17,904 nucleotides of DNA from Calditrichia bacterium. GTDB lineage: Bacteria > Calditrichota > Calditrichia > RBG-13-44-9. Below are positions 1 through 7,889 of this stretch, one piece after another. Under the pieces are notes generated by a model. That model was given only the letters and a program-made list of their open reading frames with translations. It ran no database searches and was not told the DNA's origin. The translations under genes and the position numbers were made by a program. The stretch covers positions 1-17,904 of the forward strand of contig JARRQT010000140.1 in the NCBI GenBank assembly GCA_037381445.1, written 5' to 3'. Numbering within the stretch: position 1 is the first letter of the stretch; each line of letters begins with the position of its first letter.

Positions 1-624
1 GGCATCTTTCTGATATATCTTCCAGCCCGATTTTCCCTGCAGATAGCGGTTATACTGATATTCTATTCCGCCCAGCGGACGGTTATCAACATCACAAAAA
101 CCGATGAAATGGGCGCCGTTTTCTTTAAAGGGATACACCCGGAGAAATCTTTTTTCAAGAATCAAACCGGGGTCTTTTAATTTCTCAAGCGATTCCGCTT
201 TGTCCGCAGCTACCCGGTGCGCCAGATAGACAAAACCCGGATTTCTGTCGATCTTCCTTCGGATGTAGCCCGAAGACAGATTTAAAATATCTGAAAGACC
301 GCTTACCAGCTTCCGCTTATCCCTGACGTGCCTGCCCCTTACAGCCACTGAATATTGAATAATGTCCCTGGCAAGGGCGCGGCCTTTTCTGTCATATATG
401 CCACCCCTGCGGGCCTGAATATCCTGACGGTTCTCAAAATTTTTCCGGGCCCGCTCCGCATAATAATTGTGATCGATCACCTGCAGTTTTACCAACCTCA
501 CAATGAGGACAATAAATATAAAGATGGTAACCAGGGTGACGAAGTTCAGACGGCCGGTATTTCTTTTTTCTCCCCCGTTACCGTTGTATGCCTGATTCCT
601 GTACTGTTTGGTCTTTCGTTTCAT
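1..624 (-). CDS. ftsI: Class B penicillin-binding protein (FtsI/PBP3-like), 5' part; runs off the left edge
   Basis: Not in the ORF track; translated manually from ATG at 624: MKRKTKQY... hydrophobic anchor (FVTLVTIFIFIVLIVRLVKLQV), ARRGGIYDRKGRALA motif, RVYPFKENGAHFIGF...GGIEYQYNRYLQG of the PBP dimerisation domain; follows mraZ-rsmH-ftsL. Confidence 0.9.
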   Translation of the reverse strand, partial: MKRKTKQYRNQAYNGNGGEKRNTGRLNFVTLVTIFIFIVLIVRLVKLQVIDHNYYAERARKNFENRQDIQARRGGIYDRKGRALARDIIQYSVAVRGRHVRDKRKLVSGLSDILNLSSGYIRRKIDRNPGFVYLAHRVAADKAESLEKLKDPGLILEKRFLRVYPFKENGAHFIGFCDVDNRPLGGIEYQYNRYLQGKSGWKIYQKDA

Positions 625-976
625 AGTGTCTCAGTTTTTCAGCGTTTACCAAAACAGTGCCTGGTTTTCGAACCGGAGTAATCATCCCCAGCTGTTTTTC
701 TGCGATATAAGGCACTTCTTTCAATAATTCATTTTTCATGATTTCCAACTGGCTGTTGCTGGCATTCAGATCCAGCACTTCTTTAGTCAAGCCGTCAATC
801 CCGGATAAGGTGCTCCTGAACTTCACGCTTTTCCACTGGAACAGGATAAAAAATACCGTCACGGCAAAGATCAGCAGGAAAATGCCAAAAGCAGACAAAA
901 AATTGTAGGCCGCATTTTGCGCGCCTTTTTTAACATGATAAACTGTCTTCTTCCTTTTTTTATTCTGCACAGCCAT
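578..976 (-). CDS. ftsL: Cell division protein FtsL-like (basic N-tail, one TM helix, coiled coil)
   Basis: Lies between rsmH and ftsI; TM segment FLSAFGIFLLIFAVTVFFILF; C-terminal IAEKQLGM resembles the FtsL 'IA..LGM' motif; overlaps the rsmH stop by 1 nt and the ftsI start by 47 nt. Confidence 0.7.
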   Translation of the reverse strand: MAVQNKKRKKTVYHVKKGAQNAAYNFLSAFGIFLLIFAVTVFFILFQWKSVKFRSTLSGIDGLTKEVLDLNASNSQLEIMKNELLKEVPYIAEKQLGMITPVRKPGTVLVNAEKLRHYETKDQTVQESGIQR

Positions 977-1926
977 TACGCCACACTCCGGAAGGGTACA
1001 ATTTTCTCTGCAACGCGCAGACGGGCGCTGCGGGCCCTGGGATTACCGGCAATTTCTCTTTCTTCAGGCACAACAGGCTTACGGGTCAAAATTTTCATCT
1101 CGGATTCCTTATCGCACACGCACTGGGGGAATTCCGGCGGACAGATGCAGTCGAGTTCTTTATACCGGAAAAACTCTTTCACAATTCTGTCCTCCAGTGA
1201 GTGATAGGAAATTGCCACAATCCTGCCCCCTTCATCCAGAGACTCAAACGCCTTTTCCAGCGCGGTTTTCAGTCGGTTGAGCTCATCATTTACTTCTATG
1301 CGTACGGCCTGAAAAATTCTGGCCAGGCTTTTATTCAGAAAACGGGCACCGACCACCTGCTCAACAATATCTTTGAGCTGCCCGGTCGTTTCAATTTTTG
1401 ATTGGGCACGCGCCTCAATCACTGCACGGGCGATTCTCCGCCAGTATCTCTCCTCCCCGTAATTTCTGAAAATTTCTTCCAGTTTTTCCTGCGGATATTC
1501 ATTGACAACCACCTGCCCATTCAGATTTTGACTGGGATTGAACCGCATATCCAGCGGACTTTCCGCCTGGTATGAAAATCCGCGGCCTTTTTCATCCACC
1601 TGAAAAGATGAAATTCCCAGATCAAATAAAAATCCCGTCGCCGGGAGCAAATCTTCTTCAACAAGCACCACATCCAGTTGATCGTAAAAGACCTGCCGGA
1701 TAATCTTATTGGAATATGGGGCTAGCCTGTTTCTGGCATACACAATGGCATCCGGATCCGCATCCAGACAAACCAAAGTTACATTTTCACCGGACCGCTT
1801 TAAAATCTCCTCAGAATGCCCCGCTCCGCCCAGGGTACAATCCACGTAAACCCCGCTCTCCCCTGTCAGCAAAAAATCAACGGCAGTCGACAGCAGGACG
1901 GGCTGATGATAGAATTTCCTCTCCAT
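976..1926 (-). CDS. rsmH: 16S rRNA m4C1402 methyltransferase RsmH (MraW)
   Basis: HQPVLL, YVDCTLGGAGHS, DLGISSFQ, PLDMR, FQAVRIEVNDEL, ISYHSLEDRIVK, NPRARSARLR motifs; 316 aa. Confidence 0.97.
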   Translation of the reverse strand: MERKFYHQPVLLSTAVDFLLTGESGVYVDCTLGGAGHSEEILKRSGENVTLVCLDADPDAIVYARNRLAPYSNKIIRQVFYDQLDVVLVEEDLLPATGFLFDLGISSFQVDEKGRGFSYQAESPLDMRFNPSQNLNGQVVVNEYPQEKLEEIFRNYGEERYWRRIARAVIEARAQSKIETTGQLKDIVEQVVGARFLNKSLARIFQAVRIEVNDELNRLKTALEKAFESLDEGGRIVAISYHSLEDRIVKEFFRYKELDCICPPEFPQCVCDKESEMKILTRKPVVPEEREIAGNPRARSARLRVAEKIVPFRSVA

Positions 1927-1945
1927 TTAACAGTAACAACCTCAT

Positions 1946-2392
1946 TTAGAAATCAAGAACATTCGAATACTGCTGATAATCCGCCTCAGTCTTATTCAGA
2001 TACTCTTCAAGTATATTTGGATTCCAGATTTCAATCATCCGTCCCGTGCCCAGGACCACTACTTCTTTTTCTAAATTTGCATATTTTATCAGGTCCGCCG
2101 GAATGTTGATCCGGCCCTGCTTGTCCACGTTTTGATGTGATGAATTGTAATTAATGCGCCTCTTCAGAACGCGGCGCCGCGCTCCGTCGGATACTTCGGT
2201 ATTCAGAGCTTCAATTTTCCGTCGCCATTCATTAAAGGGGAACATGGCAATATAGCGCTCGGTGCCCCGCGTGAGAATAAACATTTGTTCACCATTTTCC
2301 AGTTTTTCAGCCGTGCCCCGGAACCGCGCCGGTAAATTGATGCGGCCTTTCGAATCCAGCACATTTGTGTAACGACCGAAAAACTCTTCCAT
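1946..2392 (-). CDS. mraZ: Transcriptional regulator MraZ
   Basis: Two DxxGR repeats (LDSKGRINLPARFR; VDKQGRINIP), IEIW near the C-terminus; 148 aa; heads the dcw cluster. Confidence 0.95.
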   Translation of the reverse strand: MEEFFGRYTNVLDSKGRINLPARFRGTAEKLENGEQMFILTRGTERYIAMFPFNEWRRKIEALNTEVSDGARRRVLKRRINYNSSHQNVDKQGRINIPADLIKYANLEKEVVVLGTGRMIEIWNPNILEEYLNKTEADYQQYSNVLDF

Positions 2393-2425
2393 GATGACAA
2401 CCGTTAGTAATTTTAATGAATTTTA

Positions 2426-2452
2426 GTGGAAAATCCGCCATTTTAAACCACA
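2426..2452 (-). promoter_or_regulatory. Putative MraZ autoregulatory boxes
   Basis: Minus-strand TGTGG (2452-2448) and AATGG (2442-2438) are exactly 10 bp apart, with an inverted GTGG at 2426-2429; they lie just downstream of the predicted -10. MraZ is known to bind ~10-bp-spaced GTGG-type repeats upstream of its own gene. Confidence 0.5.
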
Positions 2453-2456
2453 CTAT

Positions 2457-2484
2457 ATTTTAAATAATTTTTTGAAAAATGCAA
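2457..2484 (-). promoter_or_regulatory. Putative sigma70-type promoter of the mraZ/dcw operon
   Basis: TTGCAT (2484-2479)-N16-TAAAAT (2462-2457) in an AT-rich context, 65 nt upstream of the mraZ ATG. Confidence 0.55.
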
Positions 2485-2582
2485 GCGATAACTTAATTAT
2501 TTTTATTTTTCCCGGAATCGGACAATAAAAATTATCTGCGGCATAACCATATGCAGATTATAATCTTATATATAATTCTTGA

Positions 2583-2801
2583 TCAGGTGCAAATTTTCGA
2601 TTTCTCTGATCTCGTTTGTTCGCCGGCATGTCTGGCCAAGCCCTGCCGGAAATAGAGCCGATTTCTGCAGCGAAAGAAATATAATCTGTGCCTAATCTCT
2701 AATTTCTTCGACAGCGTCAGTTCAACAGTCAGATTTTTTGAAGAAGGGAAAATCTTGCGGGACAAGCAAACCAACGAATTTCGCGACGAAACCGCACCTG
2801 A
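2583..2801 (-). other. 219-bp structured element with 8-bp terminal inverted repeats (candidate ncRNA or MITE-like element)
   Basis: TCAGGTGC (2583-2590) / GCACCTGA (2794-2801); further nested complementary blocks inward and three internal hairpins; no credible CDS. Confidence 0.5.
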
Positions 2802-2963
2802 ATGAATGTCACGTTCCGGTGAACATGAATATTGTTTTATAAAAGACTGCCTTTTGGGGAGGGGAGATAAAAGCGGGCATTTATTGGTTTCGCAGAACCG
2901 GATGCTCTTTCCGGTCCCGCACAACTGCATTCATAAAAGAGGCGGGTCATCCAACCGAAATTA

Positions 2964-2988
2964 TGCTGTGAAGCCTGCTTTTACAGCA
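2964..2988 (-). terminator. Hairpin just downstream of the queA stop (possible weak terminator or 3' stabiliser)
   Basis: TGCTGT...ACAGCA stem with inner AAG/CTT pairs; followed on the minus strand only by TAATTT, a weak U-tract. Confidence 0.35.
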
Positions 2989-2995
2989 ATCGAGA

Positions 2996-4069
2996 CTATA
3001 GAATACACATGGCATCGCCATAGCTGAAGAAGCGGTATTTATTATCCACCGCTTCCTGATATGCCTGCTTCATCAGATCCAGGCCACTGAAAGCGGATAC
3101 CAGCATCAATAGGGTGGAACCCGGCAGATGGAAATTGGTAATGATCCGGTCCACGATTTTAAATTCGTAGGGCGGATAGATGAATTTATCGGTCCATCCC
3201 CGCGCCGGACGTACAAATCCCCGGTGATCGGAGATGGTTTCCAGAACGCGCACGCTGGTAGTGCCGATGGCAATGACTGATCCGCCTTTCTCGCGGGTCT
3301 CATTAATCACATGAACGGCATCTGAGTCAATATCGTAGTATTCAGAATCCATCTTGTGACGGCTTACATCCTCCACCTGAACTGGTCGGAAAGTCCCCAG
3401 ACCTACATGCAGCGTTACATGGGCTATATTGATTCCCTTAATTTTTATCTTCCGCAGCAGGTTGTTTGTAAAGTGCAGTCCGGCAGTGGGCGCTGCCACC
3501 GCGCCGTGTTTCTCGGCATAAACCGTCTGATAATAATCTTTATCTATCTGCTCCGGCGGCCTTTTTATATAGGGAGGCAGCGGAGTTTTGCCCACTTTTT
3601 CCAGAACCTTGTAAAAATTGCCGTTGCAATTAAATTCAACAATGCGGCCGCCGGAGAGGGTATTGTCAATGACATCGCAGGCCAGTTCATCCCCAATAAC
3701 TATCTTATTCCCGATCCTGACTTTGCGGGCGGGTTTGACCAGCACTTCCCATACCTGTCCTTCCAGATTCCGCAGCAGGAAGATCTCCACCCGTGCATTG
3801 GTTTTGTCTTTCCGGCCGATAAGCCGGGCAGGAAAAACCCGGGTGTCATTCAATACCAGGCAATCGTTCGGACTGAGATAATCCAGAATATCACGGAAAT
3901 TCCGGTGTTCAATCTCACCGGTTTCCCGATTGACCACCATCATCTTGCAGGCATCGCGCTCTTCCAGCGGGTATTGGGCGATCAGTTCCTCGGGCAGATC
4001 ATACTGAAATTCGCTCAGTTTGTATTTCACACCATCAACGGGATTAAAATAATTTTTCTTGGACTCCAT
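2996..4069 (-). CDS. queA: SAM:tRNA ribosyltransferase-isomerase QueA
   Basis: [90 protein letters not shown]. Confidence 0.97.
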   Translation of the reverse strand: MESKKNYFNPVDGVKYKLSEFQYDLPEELIAQYPLEERDACKMMVVNRETGEIEHRNFRDILDYLSPNDCLVLNDTRVFPARLIGRKDKTNARVEIFLLRNLEGQVWEVLVKPARKVRIGNKIVIGDELACDVIDNTLSGGRIVEFNCNGNFYKVLEKVGKTPLPPYIKRPPEQIDKDYYQTVYAEKHGAVAAPTAGLHFTNNLLRKIKIKGINIAHVTLHVGLGTFRPVQVEDVSRHKMDSEYYDIDSDAVHVINETREKGGSVIAIGTTSVRVLETISDHRGFVRPARGWTDKFIYPPYEFKIVDRIITNFHLPGSTLLMLVSAFSGLDLMKQAYQEAVDNKYRFFSYGDAMCIL

Positions 4070-5066
4070 AATTCTTCATTGTGTAATTAAAGTGTTCATA
4101 GGCCAGCCGGGTGGCAACTCTTCCACGCGGCGTCCGTTTAATTAGTCCCTCCTGAATCAGAAAAGGTTCGTATACTTCTTCGATAGTATCGCTTTCTTCA
4201 CCAACAGCTACCGCAATGGTATTCAAGCCTACCGGTCCGCCATTGTATTTTTCGACTATTGTCCGGATGATCCGCTTATCCATTTCATCCAATCCCCTTT
4301 CATCCACTTCCAGAAGTTTCAGGCTCTTATCGGCGATTTCTTTCACAATTTTCCCATCGGCGCGCACCTGGGCAAAGTCGCGGGTACGGCGCAGCAACCT
4401 GTTGGCAATGCGGGGGGTACCGCGGGACCGCCTGGCAATTTCCATGGCGCCGTCTTCATCGATATCGACATTCAGAATTTTCGCAGATCGTTTCACAATT
4501 TTCTTCAATTCTTCGGGGCCGTAGTAATCCAATCGAGACACCACCCCAAACCTTGCCCGCATGGGGGAAGTTAACAGCCCCGCCCGGGTGGTGGCGCCGA
4601 TGAGGGTAAAATGAGGTAATTTAATCTGAATGCTGCGCGCGTTGGCTCCACGGTCAATCATGATGTCCAGCATGTAGTCTTCCATGGCGGAATAGAGATA
4701 TTCCTCCACCACATTATTCAACCGATGAATTTCATCGATAAAGAGAACATCGTGTTCTTTCAGGTTGGTGAGCAGACCAGCCAGATCCCCGGCTTTGTCC
4801 AGAACCGGGCCGGAGGTGCATTTAATATCCACGGAGAGCTCGTTGCTGATGATGTAGGCAAGCGTTGTTTTCCCCAACCCCGGGGGACCGTATAACAGCA
4901 CATGATCCAGCGCCTCCTCCCGCTGGCGGGCCGCCTCGATGTAAATGCGCAGGTTCTCGAGGACCTTCTGTTGTCCAACGAAATCGCCAAATGCTTTCGG
5001 TCGCAACGAAATATCAAATTCCTGCTCATCGATCAACGGACGCGGACTGACAACATCTCTATCCAT
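4044..5066 (-). CDS. ruvB: Holliday junction branch migration ATPase RuvB
   Basis: SLRPK, Walker [10 protein letters not shown], Walker [45 protein letters not shown]. Confidence 0.98.
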   Translation of the reverse strand: MDRDVVSPRPLIDEQEFDISLRPKAFGDFVGQQKVLENLRIYIEAARQREEALDHVLLYGPPGLGKTTLAYIISNELSVDIKCTSGPVLDKAGDLAGLLTNLKEHDVLFIDEIHRLNNVVEEYLYSAMEDYMLDIMIDRGANARSIQIKLPHFTLIGATTRAGLLTSPMRARFGVVSRLDYYGPEELKKIVKRSAKILNVDIDEDGAMEIARRSRGTPRIANRLLRRTRDFAQVRADGKIVKEIADKSLKLLEVDERGLDEMDKRIIRTIVEKYNGGPVGLNTIAVAVGEESDTIEEVYEPFLIQEGLIKRTPRGRVATRLAYEHFNYTMKNYGVQEKLF

Positions 5067-5070
5067 AAAC

Positions 5071-5673
5071 CTAAATTTCCTTCAGTGCAGATTTTATTAT
5101 TTCATCCAGCGGCTGATCTGCGGATGAATGCTGAACGATATTTTCAACCGCTTTTTTGGCATCAACCTGCCGGTACCCCAGTGTAATCAATGCCAGAATC
5201 GCCTCCTCAATCTTATCGCGATGCTCTGTCGAGGGCGAAACGAGATCTGCGGATTGTTCAAGGGACGCCTTAAACCTGACCTTTTCTTTCAATTCCAGAA
5301 CCAGGCGCTGGGCTGTCTTTTTGCCAATACCCGGAATTTTGGTCAATTGGCTCAGATCCTCGGTAGCTATGGCGCGGGCTAGTTCACTGGCCGTCAGACC
5401 GGAAAGAACGGTCAATGCCAGCCGGGGCCCAATCCCGCTCACATTAATCAACTGCCGGAACATTTCCCGCTCCGCCGAATCGCTGAAACCATATAACTGC
5501 ATCAGATCTTCGCGAACATGCAGATGAGTCAATAATTTTACGGGGCCATCCCCCTCTCCCAGGTTCCGGAAAGTATTAACACTAATAAACAAACCCAGCC
5601 CAATACCGTGACAATCCACCACGCAGAAAGTCGGCGAAGTCTGAATAAGTTGCCCGCGGATCTGTTCAATCAT
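5071..5673 (-). CDS. ruvA: Holliday junction DNA-binding protein RuvA
   Basis: [11 protein letters not shown], HhH motifs [10 protein letters not shown] and [18 protein letters not shown]-terminal [11 protein letters not shown]. Confidence 0.97.
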   Translation of the reverse strand: MIEQIRGQLIQTSPTFCVVDCHGIGLGLFISVNTFRNLGEGDGPVKLLTHLHVREDLMQLYGFSDSAEREMFRQLINVSGIGPRLALTVLSGLTASELARAIATEDLSQLTKIPGIGKKTAQRLVLELKEKVRFKASLEQSADLVSPSTEHRDKIEEAILALITLGYRQVDAKKAVENIVQHSSADQPLDEIIKSALKEI

Positions 5674-5717
5674 TCTTTATTAGCCATCTTATCATTGATG
5701 CATCCGTCATTGCCTAT

Positions 5718-5745
5718 AATTTAACAGATATTGAGCCCAATGCAA
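5718..5745 (-). promoter_or_regulatory. Putative internal promoter for ruvA-ruvB-queA
   Basis: TTGCAT (5745-5740)-N16-TAAATT (5723-5718) with an extended -10 TGn, in the 148-bp ruvC-ruvA gap; same -35 and spacing as the mraZ candidate. Confidence 0.45.
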
Positions 5746-5821
5746 CATATCCTTACAATTTTGTCAGATTTGCAGGCCGGCCGAACAAGTTTTTCTGATA
5801 CAATCTCTGACGTAAAATGCC

Positions 5822-6325
5822 CTACTCACCTGCCGTAGCCTGGCGGGTAATTTGCTGGAATTTAAGGCGGTGATGATGGCACAGGGCAACCGCCAGGGCG
5901 TCCGCGGCATCATTGGGATGGGGAATCTCCGGCAGGCGGAGAATGTTCTTCACCATGGCCTGAATCTGTTCCTTAGATGCCGCCCCGGAACCGGCGATGG
6001 ACATTTTCACCTCCCGGGGAGAATATTCGGATATCTGAATATCATTCTGCGCCGCCGCCAGGATGGCCACCGCCCGGGCATGACCCATAATTATGGCTGT
6101 CTTTTTATTCTGATGGTAAAATACTTCTTCCACAGCGCAAAAATCCGGTTGATACTCGGTGATGATCCGGTGCATTTTTTTATGGATTACATTCAGTTTT
6201 TCGGCGAATGCCGCTGCGGAGGTTTTGATGCCCCCGTAGGTCAAACAAACCACTCCTTTTGCTGTAATTTCGATAACACCGTATCCGGTGGTGCTCAGAC
6301 CGGGATCAATGCCTAATATTCTCAA
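5822..6325 (-). CDS. ruvC: Holliday junction resolvase RuvC
   Basis: ILGIDPG..TGYGVI, AVEEVF, GHARAV, EYSPREVK, ASKEQIQAMV, DAADALAVALCH; TTG start. Confidence 0.96.
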   Translation of the reverse strand: MRILGIDPGLSTTGYGVIEITAKGVVCLTYGGIKTSAAAFAEKLNVIHKKMHRIITEYQPDFCAVEEVFYHQNKKTAIIMGHARAVAILAAAQNDIQISEYSPREVKMSIAGSGAASKEQIQAMVKNILRLPEIPHPNDAADALAVALCHHHRLKFQQITRQATAGE

Positions 6326-6337
6326 AAAACACCCGTT

Positions 6338-7084
6338 TTATTGCATTCTTTCCATTATCTCTTCATCGATATCAAAATTGGCGAAAACATCCTGCACATC
6401 ATCATTGTCTTCTAGGGCATTCATCAATTTCAGCATCTGTTCGGCCTGTTTTCCCTCCAACTTGATATTATTCTGCGGGATCATGGCAATTTCGGAATTT
6501 TCCACTTCGATCCCGGTTTCTTCCATTGCGGAACGCACTTTGTATAAATCCTCAAACTGGGTGTAAATCTCATAAAACTGATCTTCAACTTTCAGGTCAT
6601 CGGCGCCCGCTTCAATAGCCATCAACATTAATTCTTCTTCGTCATAGTTTTCGCGGGGAACGCGGATGAGCCCTTTTTTCTCGAATACCCAGCTCACGCT
6701 GCCCGTTTCCCCGAGATTGCCGCCGTACTTGCTGAGCAGATGCCGGATCTCCGATACCGTCCGGTTCCGATTGTCGGTGGTCGCGTTGATATACATGGCA
6801 ACACCGCCCGGACCATATCCTTCAAAAGCTATCTCTTCATAGACCACGCCCGGCAATTCACCGGTTCCTTTCAGAATGGCATTTTCAATGTTCTTGGTAG
6901 GCATGTTCGCGCCTTTGGCATTTTGAACAGCCGTTCGCAGCCGGGGATTTGACTCCAGATCCCCACCGCCCATGCGCGCTGCAATGGTGATCTCCTTAAT
7001 GAGTTTCGTAAAAACCTTACCGCGTGCTGCATCCTGGCGTTCTTTTCTAAAGCGGATATTTGCCCATTTGGAATGACCAGACAT
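6338..7084 (-). CDS. yebC: YebC/PmpR family protein
   Basis: MSGHSKWANI N-terminus (ATG at 7084 with GGAGG RBS, preferred over the track's TTG at 7096), NPRLR, EGYGPGG, TDNRNRT, LEDNDDVQDVFAN; canonical position upstream of ruvC. Confidence 0.95.
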   Translation of the reverse strand: MSGHSKWANIRFRKERQDAARGKVFTKLIKEITIAARMGGGDLESNPRLRTAVQNAKGANMPTKNIENAILKGTGELPGVVYEEIAFEGYGPGGVAMYINATTDNRNRTVSEIRHLLSKYGGNLGETGSVSWVFEKKGLIRVPRENYDEEELMLMAIEAGADDLKVEDQFYEIYTQFEDLYKVRSAMEETGIEVENSEIAMIPQNNIKLEGKQAEQMLKLMNALEDNDDVQDVFANFDIDEEIMERMQ

Positions 7085-7115
7085 ATATTCCTCCAAAAAA
7101 TCTTAAAATTTTTAA

Positions 7116-7679
7116 TTAGTTTTCGAAATTTGGCGGGTTCATGCTCGTGGAGTCTGCAGGAGCTGAAAGCTCCGGATTTGTCCATACTTTAGCCGGAACG
7201 ATCCAGGCTTTGGGATAACCCTGGGAACGAACCACGGATAAGGCCCGCTCTGCTTCCTCACGCGTTTTAAAATCACCCAGTCTAACTTTATAATAGGGGG
7301 AATCGAAATCGAGATATAGCTGGACACCCAAATCACTGAATTGTTCTTTGGCAATCTGCTTGGCGGTCGTGGCATTTTCAATATTTTTAGTGGACAGGAT
7401 TTGCACCCTGAACCCATCAATTTGCCGGTTAACCGGTTCCGGGATATCCCTTTTTTCGGGGGGCAAAACCGGTTGAGCTGCCTCCTGTTTTTCACTGGGT
7501 TTGTTGAAGGTTATATCATCATCATTCAATGACAGGGGATCAAATGATTCATTGACCTTGGGACTTTTGGAAGCAGGCTGGTTTGCCTTAGTTTCTTTGC
7601 GGGATGCAGCACATCCCACCATCAGAAGCATGACAATTCCAACCAACAAATAACGTTTTATAGTTCCAGACATTAACAT
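7116..7679 (-). CDS. SPOR-domain lipoprotein
   Basis: Signal peptide with lipobox LMVGC; Pro-rich linker; SPOR-like GFRVQILST...PYYKVRLGDF.TREEAE...GYPKAWIV; GAGGA RBS. Confidence 0.8.
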   Translation of the reverse strand: MLMSGTIKRYLLVGIVMLLMVGCAASRKETKANQPASKSPKVNESFDPLSLNDDDITFNKPSEKQEAAQPVLPPEKRDIPEPVNRQIDGFRVQILSTKNIENATTAKQIAKEQFSDLGVQLYLDFDSPYYKVRLGDFKTREEAERALSVVRSQGYPKAWIVPAKVWTNPELSAPADSTSMNPPNFEN

Positions 7680-7688
7680 TTCCTCTTA

Positions 7689-7735
7689 TTGCACGATTTT
7701 CGTGTGAAATTAAAATAAAACCGAAGTTAATTCAA
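7689..7735. promoter_or_regulatory. Overlapping divergent promoter candidates
   Basis: Plus: TTGCAC (7689-7694)-N16-TAAAAT (7711-7716). Minus: TTGAAT (7735-7730)-N17-TAATTT (7712-7707), pointing at the SPOR gene. Confidence 0.35.
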
Positions 7736-7889
7736 GGGAAATATTTTTGCAGACTCCATACGACTGTCTTATGGCCAAAGATTGTTTCATATTCGCCCCT
7801 TCCTAAAAAACACTTTCCCGTTATGAATCGGCAAAATTCATTTCTTATATTGGAGGTCCGAATAATAAAGAAACGGAGTAGCTCTCAAT

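Noticed and set aside
2583..2934. RNase P RNA, 6S RNA or tmRNA identity for the structured spacer (rnpB often lies upstream of mraZ; minus-strand CAGAAAUCGGCUCUA resembles the RNase P 3' motif)
   Set aside because: No GAGGAAAGUCC P4 5' motif on either strand, no tRNA-like tmRNA ends, and the fold is multibranched rather than a 6S rod with a central bubble.
2583..3027. ORFs 2583..2930 (-) and 2806..3027 (+)
   Set aside because: No recognisable motifs, atypical composition, and they coincide with the inverted-repeat structure; probably spurious.
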